Assembly (NCBI GenBank): GCA_036340235.1
Contig: JAYYZE010000036.1
Coordinates: 90,872-154,871 of the forward strand
Direction: 5' to 3'
Source: Bacteroidota bacterium
Lineage (GTDB): Bacteria; Bacteroidota; Bacteroidia; Flavobacteriales; UBA7312
DNA length: 64,000 bases
The translations under genes were made by a program, and so were the position numbers. The notes under the pieces were generated by a model that saw nothing but the letters and a program-made list of their open reading frames with translations, did not search any database and was not told the DNA's origin. The number at the start of each line of letters is the position of its first letter. Position 1 is the first letter of the stretch. This document shows positions 56,856 through 64,000 of the stretch, piece after piece.

Positions 56856-58589
56856 TTAAGGATTAAATTGAAGTTGGCTAAGGTGATTGTACAAGCCTTG
56901 TTTTTTTTCTAGTTCATGATGATTTCCTTGTTCAACAATTCGTCCTTTGTCTATTACTAAAATACAATCGGCTTTTTTTATGGTTGATAAACGGTGTGCT
57001 ATGACGATGGTCGTTCTGCCAATCATAAGTCGGCCCATGGCTTGTTGAACAAGCTTTTCGGATTCTGAATCTAAGGCGGAAGTAGCTTCATCCATTATTA
57101 GGATTTTAGGATTTTTGAGTAGGGCACGTGCAATAGCTATTCGTTGTCGTTGACCGCCTGACAGTTGTATGCCTCTCTCGCCAACTAGTGTATCCATTTT
57201 TTCTGGAAATTCATTGATAAAGTCGTAAGCGTTGGCGTTGATTGCAGCTTGTTCGATTTCTTTATCACTTGCTTGTAAATTACCGTAAGCTATGTTTTCT
57301 TTTATACTACCGCCAAATAGTATTACATCTTGAGGTACTAGGGCAATTTGTTGTCTTAGGTGATGAAGGTCGTAATCATTGATGTCATTGTTGTCAATAA
57401 CTAGTTGCCCCTTTTCTATTTTATAAAATCCCAATAGCAAGGATGCTATGGTTGTTTTGCCTGCGCCACTGGGTCCTACAATGGCTATAAACTGTCCTTT
57501 TTTGATGATAAAACTAAGATGGTCAATGACAGTTATATTGGGTCTTGAAGGATATGAAAAGGAGAGGTTTTGAAAGTGGATTTCACCTTCTTTAATTTCA
57601 TTATTCAGGTTGGTATTGTTGCCAATAACTTCTTTTTCTTCTTCTAAGATGTCCAATAAATGTTCGGTTGAGCCTATGGCTTTTTGAAGTTTACTGTAGA
57701 TATCGGCCATGCCACCTACAGATGAACCAATAAACACGGAATAAAGAACAAATGTAAATAATTGACCAATGGATAGCTGACCAGAATTTATCATAAGAAC
57801 ACCAAACCATATGACCGCCACAATTGAGCCGAATAAACAAAAGATAATAAAGGATGCAAAAGCACCTCTATATCGACCCCCTTTTTGAGCAATGTTTTTT
57901 ACTTGATTGGTTTTCTCTTTGTATCTATTAATTTCAAAAAATTCATTAGTAAACGCTTTGACATTAGCAATACCTTGTAGGGTCTCTTCAATGATGGTAT
58001 TGGATTCAGCCACTTTTTGTTGAACTTCTTTAGAAAAACGCTTTATATATCGACCAAAAAAAACAGCGGCAAGCATCATTACAGGCACTAGTGCCAGCAT
58101 AAATAGTGTTAGCTTGACTGAGGTCACTGACAAAAAAATAATACCACCAATAATAATTAATACTTGACGTATAAATTCGGCAATGTCAGTGGTAAATGTT
58201 TCTTGAAGCAAGGCAATATCTGCTGCAATTCTACTATTTAGTTCGCCCACTCTTTTTTTCGACAAAAAGGGCATAGGTAACATTATCAAATGGGCATAAG
58301 TTTGTTGCCTTAATACGGCTAGTGTTTTTTCAGTGACATTTACAAAGATCACAATTCTGAAGTAGGAAAATACAGCTTGTAATGCAAACAAAAGTAAAAG
58401 CCAGAGGGCAATTTGATTGATATTGTTTACTACTGATTCATTGGCGGCGTCTACCAAATTCCCCATAAGAGCTGGAAAAATCAATGAGGTTAAAGTAGAT
58501 AGCAATAAAAAAATCAAACCAATTGAAAACTCAAGTTTGTGAGGTTTGAGAAAACCAAATAATCTTGAAGCTCTTTTTAAAGTGGACAT
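56856..58589 (-). CDS. ABC transporter, fused permease/ATP-binding exporter (MsbA-like)
   Basis: Six-helix transmembrane domain followed by Walker A GPSGAGKTT, the signature LSGGQRQRIAIARA and Walker B ILIMDEATSALD. The start is uncertain among 58589, 58604 and 58640. Confidence 0.9.
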   Translation of the reverse strand: MSTLKRASRLFGFLKPHKLEFSIGLIFLLLSTLTSLIFPALMGNLVDAANESVVNNINQIALWLLLLFALQAVFSYFRIVIFVNVTEKTLAVLRQQTYAHLIMLPMPFLSKKRVGELNSRIAADIALLQETFTTDIAEFIRQVLIIIGGIIFLSVTSVKLTLFMLALVPVMMLAAVFFGRYIKRFSKEVQQKVAESNTIIEETLQGIANVKAFTNEFFEINRYKEKTNQVKNIAQKGGRYRGAFASFIIFCLFGSIVAVIWFGVLMINSGQLSIGQLFTFVLYSVFIGSSVGGMADIYSKLQKAIGSTEHLLDILEEEKEVIGNNTNLNNEIKEGEIHFQNLSFSYPSRPNITVIDHLSFIIKKGQFIAIVGPSGAGKTTIASLLLGFYKIEKGQLVIDNNDINDYDLHHLRQQIALVPQDVILFGGSIKENIAYGNLQASDKEIEQAAINANAYDFINEFPEKMDTLVGERGIQLSGGQRQRIAIARALLKNPKILIMDEATSALDSESEKLVQQAMGRLMIGRTTIVIAHRLSTIKKADCILVIDKGRIVEQGNHHELEKKQGLYNHLSQLQFNP

Positions 58590-58766
58590 CTTTTTTTCTT
58601 TCATAATCAAGAGTGATGCAAATATACTATTATGTGTCACAAAATATGCCCTTTATATTTCCAAAACCTTAGTTCTCATTTCATAATATTATTTTTCAAA
58701 TTTTAAGAGCTATTTGTACCTATCTAACATTTTCAATTATTAGAAATGTAACTTTTTAACTTAAAT

Positions 58767-59054
58767 TTGTACCACAATGATACAATCAAACTAATTTCTT
58801 ATTATAAAGAATTGAATTTTTCACAAAGGGATTTAGATAGAATAATTGAAATGGCGTGGGAAGATAGGACGCCATTTGAGGCCATTGAGTTACAGTTTAA
58901 AATCAAGGAAAACGACGTTCGTCAGCTTATGAGAAAACACATGAAACCCTCTTCATTCATCATGTGGCGCAAACGGGTTAAGAAAAGACGTACAAAACAC
59001 TTGCTACTTAGAGGCTTTCAAAAAGGCCGTTTTAAATCCCAAAATCAGAAATAG
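58767..59054 (+). CDS. TIGR03643 (DUF2805) family protein
   Basis: DRIIEMAWEDRTPFEAIELQF...MRKHMKPSSFIMWRKRVKKRRTKH matches the family signature. The start codon is uncertain (TTG at 58767 or TTG at 58812). Confidence 0.7.
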   Translation: MYHNDTIKLISYYKELNFSQRDLDRIIEMAWEDRTPFEAIELQFKIKENDVRQLMRKHMKPSSFIMWRKRVKKRRTKHLLLRGFQKGRFKSQNQK

Positions 59055-59570
59055 TTATTTTTTTAATTCCTTATCAATGATTTCTATCATTTTTTTAAAC
59101 TCGTAGGGATTAAACAAGCGTGTAAGGAATATGATGTTTCCTTCTTTGTCAAGTACGATATTTCTTGTTACCCCAGCTTTTGGTATGGTAAATTGTTCAA
59201 AAACCATTCCTTTTTTATCCAATGCCATAGGGTAGGTGATTTTGGTGTCTTTTATAAATTGCTTGACTTTTTCAGTGGGCTCTTTTAAATCTATGCCTAA
59301 GAGTATGAAGTCATCACCCTTGAAACGTTGCCACACCTCTTTTTCTAAATGAGGCATTTCTTTTTTGCAAACACTACACCAAGAGGCTGTGAATTGTATG
59401 ACACTTACTTTACCTTTAAGATCGTCGTTAGAAATAAAATCACCGTCGGTGAGTGGTAATTCAAATATAGGTACTTTGTCCCCTACTTTTACCTTAAAGC
59501 CTCTTTCAGGACCCTCTTGCGAAAAAAATGAAAATGATAAGATAGTAAAAAGAAATAGAAAGTGGGGCAT
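59055..59570 (-). CDS. TlpA-family thiol:disulfide oxidoreductase (thioredoxin fold)
   Basis: Signal peptide. The redox motif is FTASWCSVCKKE (CxxC). The gene has AhpC/TSA-like length. Confidence 0.85.
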   Translation of the reverse strand: MPHFLFLFTILSFSFFSQEGPERGFKVKVGDKVPIFELPLTDGDFISNDDLKGKVSVIQFTASWCSVCKKEMPHLEKEVWQRFKGDDFILLGIDLKEPTEKVKQFIKDTKITYPMALDKKGMVFEQFTIPKAGVTRNIVLDKEGNIIFLTRLFNPYEFKKMIEIIDKELKK

Positions 59571-59576
59571 AGCTGT

Positions 59577-60797
59577 TTAAATTTCGTCAAGTATATGTTG
59601 GATTTTTTGGCAAGCGTACAGTATTTCTTCTTTAGAAATAATAAGTGGAGGAGAGAGTCTAACACATTTGTCATTGAACAAAAAGAAGAACATTATCAAA
59701 CCGTATTCATACCCTTTTTGTACTACTTTTTGACATATTTCAGCAGATTCCAATTCAATGCCTAACATAAGTCCCATGCCCTTAATGGATTTGATTTTAG
59801 GATGATTGAGATGCGTCCTGAATAGGTTTTCCTTGTCAAAAATGCTTGAAATAATACTATTATCGTTAATTAAAGTATCCAAAGTGGCAAGTGATGCAGC
59901 ACAACACACTGGATGACCTCCAAATGTGGTGATATGACCTAATTTTGGTTGGTGTTTAATAGTGTCCATATTTTCTTTAGAGCTAATAAAACAGCCAATT
60001 GGCATGCCACCTCCCATCCCTTTTGCAAGACATAAAATATCTGGAATAACCTGGAATGTATCCAAAGCGAAAATCTGACCTGTTCTCCCAAAACCAGTTT
60101 GTATTTCATCAAAAATTAAGAGAGTGCCAGTACAATCGCACCGTTTTCTTATTGCCGAAAGCCAACCTTTTGGCGGAAGTGTAAAACCGGTAGCCCCTTG
60201 AATAGGTTCAACAATTACAGCTGCCGTATTTTCATCAATAGTGTCGAGTTGTTCAAAGCTTCCATAATCTAGCAAATGGCAATCGGGTAACAATGGTCGA
60301 TACTTAGTCTTGTATAGTTCTTTTCCCATGATGCTCAGCGCTCCATGCGTGCTCCCATGATAACTATTATTGAAAGATATTATTTGTCTTCGACCGCTGA
60401 TTCGTTTGGCAAGTTTCATAGCGCCTTCAATGGCCTCTGTGCCAGAGTTTACTATGTATGTACAATTGAGCGAAGCGGGTAGTAGGTCAATTAATCGCTT
60501 GGAAAGTTTGTATTGGGGGGATTGCACATATTCGCCATAGACCATAACATGAGCGTATTTTTCTAATTGTTGAACTGTACTACTCACTATTTTGGGGTGG
60601 CCATGGCCTAGTGTACATGCAGATACGCCAGCTACCAAATCCAAATATTTGTTTTGATCAATGTCATATATGTACATTCCCTTAGCGTGTGATATTTCCA
60701 TACCATTTGCATATGGAGTGGTTTGGGCTTGATGGTTAAAAAAAAATTGTTGCCCTTCTGTGTGTTTATTTTCTTTCAATTGATCGGATACAAGCAT
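59577..60797 (-). CDS. Class III pyridoxal-phosphate aminotransferase (acetylornithine/ornithine aminotransferase-like)
   Basis: LDLVAGVSACTLGHGHP, NSGTEAIEGA, IFDEIQTGFGRTG and LAKGMGGG (PLP lysine) are present. The only upstream in-frame ATG gives a 32-nt overlap with the transketolase C-terminal gene. Confidence 0.85.
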   Translation of the reverse strand: MLVSDQLKENKHTEGQQFFFNHQAQTTPYANGMEISHAKGMYIYDIDQNKYLDLVAGVSACTLGHGHPKIVSSTVQQLEKYAHVMVYGEYVQSPQYKLSKRLIDLLPASLNCTYIVNSGTEAIEGAMKLAKRISGRRQIISFNNSYHGSTHGALSIMGKELYKTKYRPLLPDCHLLDYGSFEQLDTIDENTAAVIVEPIQGATGFTLPPKGWLSAIRKRCDCTGTLLIFDEIQTGFGRTGQIFALDTFQVIPDILCLAKGMGGGMPIGCFISSKENMDTIKHQPKLGHITTFGGHPVCCAASLATLDTLINDNSIISSIFDKENLFRTHLNHPKIKSIKGMGLMLGIELESAEICQKVVQKGYEYGLIMFFFLFNDKCVRLSPPLIISKEEILYACQKIQHILDEI

Positions 60798-61701
60798 TTA
60801 CAATGTTAATGGCCTTAAGACCATATTTTTCAAGAAGCTCATCGGGTTTGCCACTTTCGCCAAATGAATCATCTACCCCAATCATTTCGATGGGTGTAGG
60901 CCTCACACTAGCAAGATATTGAGCAATGCTATCGCCAAGACCGCCATTCAGCATGTGCTCCTCAGCCGTTACTACGCAATGTGTTTTTTTAACTGATTGT
61001 AAGATAGCGTCTTTGTCCAAGGGTTTTATGGTGTGAACGTTGATTACTTCTGCACTTATTCCTTTTTCAATTAATAGTTTGTGAGCCTCTATGGCTTCCC
61101 ATAGAAGATGTCCCGTGGCAAATATGCTAACATCGGTGCCTTCTTGCATTAGTAAAGCTTTGCCAATTTCAAAAGGTTGATTTTCTGCAGTAAAGTTTGG
61201 AACTTTTGGTCGACCGAAACGCAAATAGACAGGTCCAATATGATCGGCAATGGCAATGGTGGCTGCTTTGGTTTGGTTGTAGTCGCAAGTGTTAATAACG
61301 GTCATTCCTGGCAGCATTTTCATCATGCCGATATCCTCTAATACCTGATGAGTTGCACCATCCTCTCCCAATGTAAGACCAGCGTGCGAAGCACATATTT
61401 TTACATTCTTTCCAGAATACGCAATCGATTGCCTAATTTGGTCATAAACTCTGGAAGTTGAAAAGTTGGCAAAGGTGCCGGTAAAGGGAATCTGACCACC
61501 AATGGTTAAGCCAGCAGCTATTCCCATCATGTTGGCTTCCGCTATGCCAACTTGAAAAAAACGTTCTGGATGGTTCTTGGCAAAGTCGTTCATTTTTAAA
61601 GATCCAGTCAGGTCGGCGCACAGAGCTACTACCTTAGGATTTATTTTGCCTAAGTGGCTGAGCCCAGCTCCGAATCCAGATCTAGTGTCTTTTAAATCCA
61701 T
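60766..61701 (-). CDS. Transketolase, C-terminal section (pyrimidine-binding plus C-terminal domain)
   Basis: FFQVGIAEANMMGIAAGL, GEDGATHQ and the size (311 aa) match a split transketolase subunit. Confidence 0.9.
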   Translation of the reverse strand: MDLKDTRSGFGAGLSHLGKINPKVVALCADLTGSLKMNDFAKNHPERFFQVGIAEANMMGIAAGLTIGGQIPFTGTFANFSTSRVYDQIRQSIAYSGKNVKICASHAGLTLGEDGATHQVLEDIGMMKMLPGMTVINTCDYNQTKAATIAIADHIGPVYLRFGRPKVPNFTAENQPFEIGKALLMQEGTDVSIFATGHLLWEAIEAHKLLIEKGISAEVINVHTIKPLDKDAILQSVKKTHCVVTAEEHMLNGGLGDSIAQYLASVRPTPIEMIGVDDSFGESGKPDELLEKYGLKAINIVNACIRSIERK

Positions 61702-61702
61702 T

Positions 61703-63073
61703 TTATAGTTTTATTGATACTGTTTTTAGTGAGGTTACACGAAACTCTTTTTCTTTTGTAAATGCGCTCTGCATGGCGTTTTTAGCTCGATAAATGATTT
61801 TATATTTTCCTGGTAAGAGATAAAGACTTTGTTTGCCTTTGTTGGGCTTAAGATCGCACAACCATTCTAATTCATTACCCATCTTGAAAAGACTTCCATA
61901 TCCACTAGAAGAAAATGAAACAACCACAAGTCCAGATTCAGGTATTTGCACCTTGGTAAGTTCGCTTTGTTTGATTTCTACAGTTTGATATATTCTTGGA
62001 AGCGTAAGAATTTCTAAGTCATATGTACCAGTAATGTATCGTTGTTTCGTGTTAATTTCTTGAATATTTAGTGTTTGGTTTTGTTTGTGTTCCCTTACTA
62101 TACAATTGGTATTGATTTTGGTATTTTTGGAAAGTATACTTAAATCTCCTTGAGGGGCGTAAATGGGGATTGTGGTATGTTTGCCAGGATTTAATTTCCA
62201 ACTTCCTTTAGCTTTGGCGACTGGTAGCGTATGCGCCACTACATTATAGCTAAGCACAGGGTCGAGGACTAAGGTGTCAGGATTTCCTTTACTGTTCATC
62301 GTATGAATGAAATTATATTGAAGTATTCCCGAAAAAGCATCATAAAAGCTTATGGCAACATTACTTTCAGTAGGCATTTCATTCTGGTCTAACAAATTAA
62401 CCTGGGCGCTTGTTGAATTTAACACTTGAGAAACAACTACGTTTAATATTTCTTTAAACTGTTCAGAATTTTTTGCGTCATAGAAAGTACCTACACATTC
62501 AAAGTTTTTTTTGTACGATTCGCTGAGGCCAATACCGATTACAAAGGGCTTAAGTATGATTTTTTTTTGTTGGTAAAGTCTTGAAACGGAGCAAGGATCA
62601 CCGCCACACTCTTCAATACCATCGGTAATGAGTATAACAACATTTCTAGAGTCACTGTCAGTTGATGGAAAATCTAACGCACCAGATTCAAGCGCTCTTG
62701 CTATGGGTGTAGTTCCTTTGGGTCTTAGTGTTTCCAATCTTTTCTTTATGGCAGTAATGGTGTTTTTACCAAAGTCGACTTCTAGTTTTGTGTCTCTACA
62801 ATCTTGTGGAGGTGATGGTTTTTGGTGGCCATAGCATCTTAAACCAATTTCTAGATTATCTACCCCAACCAAGCTGTCTAGCATATTACTTAATAGAGTT
62901 TTAGCAATAGTCATCCTCGTGCTTCCTTCCCATTGGGCATACATACTTTGAGAAGCATCAAAAATAAATAATACTCGGGTGGTTGTTTTACTCTCTTCTG
63001 ATTTAGACTGATGACCAAGAATTAAGAACAATACTAACGATAAAAAGAAAATATGTTTAAAATAGACATTCAT
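61703..63073 (-). CDS. Secreted von Willebrand factor A (VWA) domain protein
   Basis: Signal peptide. The MIDAS motif is FIFDASQSM with ...GTTPIA... and ILITDGIEECGGDPC. A beta-rich C-terminal half of about 230 aa follows, from an unrecognised family. Confidence 0.8.
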   Translation of the reverse strand: MNVYFKHIFFLSLVLFLILGHQSKSEESKTTTRVLFIFDASQSMYAQWEGSTRMTIAKTLLSNMLDSLVGVDNLEIGLRCYGHQKPSPPQDCRDTKLEVDFGKNTITAIKKRLETLRPKGTTPIARALESGALDFPSTDSDSRNVVILITDGIEECGGDPCSVSRLYQQKKIILKPFVIGIGLSESYKKNFECVGTFYDAKNSEQFKEILNVVVSQVLNSTSAQVNLLDQNEMPTESNVAISFYDAFSGILQYNFIHTMNSKGNPDTLVLDPVLSYNVVAHTLPVAKAKGSWKLNPGKHTTIPIYAPQGDLSILSKNTKINTNCIVREHKQNQTLNIQEINTKQRYITGTYDLEILTLPRIYQTVEIKQSELTKVQIPESGLVVVSFSSSGYGSLFKMGNELEWLCDLKPNKGKQSLYLLPGKYKIIYRAKNAMQSAFTKEKEFRVTSLKTVSIKL

Positions 63074-63076
63074 AGT

Positions 63077-63916
63077 TTAGTAGTCGCCCAGTGTTTCAGG
63101 ATTTTGTGCAAGAGCGGCGCTTAACTGTTCATCGTTGGGAGCAATGCCGTGCCATTTGTGAGACCCCATCATAAAGTTTACCCCATTGCCCATTTCTGTG
63201 TGCATAATGACGCATACTGGTTGATTTTTATAACAGTAACTTTTGGCATTTTTTAGAACGTCTATAACACTAAAAATATTGTTACCATCCTTTAATTCTA
63301 AGACCTTCCATCCAAAAGCCCTAAACTTATCGTTTAAATTCCCTAGGTCTAGTACATGATCTAAAGATCCATCAATTTGTTTTTTGTTGTAGTCGATGGT
63401 AGCAATAATATTATCGACATTTTTTGCCGATGCGTACATTACAGCTTCCCAAATTTGACCTTCTTGAAGTTCGCCGTCTCCGTGTAAACTATAAACAATG
63501 GAAGAGTCTTCATTTAACTTTTTACTTTGAGCTGCCCCAATTGCTACGGATAGTCCTTGTCCTAGCGATCCACTTGCGATTCTAATTCCTGGAAGTTGCT
63601 CATGAGTAGTTGGGTGACCCTGAAGTCTTGAATCAATCGTTCTAAATGTAGCTAACTCACTTGTATCAAAATATCCTGATCTTGCTAATACACTATAAAG
63701 CACTGGTGAAATATGTCCGTTTGACAAGAAAAATAAATCTTCGTCAATACCATCCATATCAAAATTGGGATTGTGATTCATAATTTCAAAGTAGAGCGCT
63801 ACCATAAATTCTGTACAGCCTAGTGAACCACCTGGATGCCCTGAATTTTGGGCATGTACCATTCTTACGATATCTCGTCTTACCTGAGAGCAAACAGATG
63901 ATAAGTCTTGAATCAT
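63077..63916 (-). CDS. Transketolase, N-terminal section (thiamine-diphosphate-binding domain)
   Basis: SGHPGGSLG, SNGH and GDGELQEGQIWEA (TPP/Mg motif) are present. At 279 aa it matches a split transketolase subunit. Confidence 0.9.
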   Translation of the reverse strand: MIQDLSSVCSQVRRDIVRMVHAQNSGHPGGSLGCTEFMVALYFEIMNHNPNFDMDGIDEDLFFLSNGHISPVLYSVLARSGYFDTSELATFRTIDSRLQGHPTTHEQLPGIRIASGSLGQGLSVAIGAAQSKKLNEDSSIVYSLHGDGELQEGQIWEAVMYASAKNVDNIIATIDYNKKQIDGSLDHVLDLGNLNDKFRAFGWKVLELKDGNNIFSVIDVLKNAKSYCYKNQPVCVIMHTEMGNGVNFMMGSHKWHGIAPNDEQLSAALAQNPETLGDY

Positions 63917-64000
63917 TAGTCTAGATATATAAAACTCAAAAGTAAGTTATTGGTAGTCCAAAAATACAATTGTTAATATTTTTATAAAAAGTTTGCTGTA

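Noticed and set aside
1-64000. CRISPR arrays, tRNA/rRNA genes, IS elements, integrases, phage genes, toxin-antitoxin pairs and known defence-system signatures.
   Set aside because: I scanned all intergenic gaps over 60 nt (8094-8362, 23725-23866, 28557-28669, 33431-33548, 42819-42988, 48863-49416, 53635-53758, 58641-58766) and all ORF products. No direct-repeat arrays, cloverleaf-like sequences or transposase/recombinase/nuclease motifs were seen.

Overview
This is a compact, roughly 95% coding, AT-rich bacterial chromosome segment with no rRNA, tRNA, CRISPR array, transposase or integrase that I can see. The gene content points to Bacteroidota, probably a Flavobacteriales-like organism (inference). 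The supporting signals are type A and type B T9SS C-terminal sorting domains, many lipoproteins, TAnnTTTG-type -7 boxes, ftsK-lolA synteny, Na+-NQR and a split transketolase. Most of the window is housekeeping: ftsK, lolA, argS, ffh, folD, queE, kdsA, rarA, a fused methylmalonyl-CoA mutase with meaB, pruA, the complete nqrABCDEF operon with apbE and an nqrM-like gene, mazG, an lptF/G-type permease, tgt, rsmG, an ABC exporter and transketolase halves. Between these sit secreted and envelope genes: T9SS cargo, two PorE-like TPR/PD40/OmpA proteins and a DUF5103 plug-like protein. I found no recognisable defence system or mobile element, and nothing I can confidently call a new system. Candidates worth a second look:
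- A three-lipoprotein LPP20/CsgG-like cluster at 23.9-27.2 kb.
- A translationally coupled lipoprotein plus putative beta-barrel pair of unknown family at 16.7-19.9 kb.
- A frame-preserved DUF1801 pseudogene with four in-frame stop codons, sitting between nqrF and apbE.
- A VWA protein wedged between the two transketolase halves.
- A 3'-truncated SIMPL gene at a convergent junction, inside an apparently GC-richer block at about 28.7-39.4 kb.

All family assignments come from motif recognition by eye; no searches were run.
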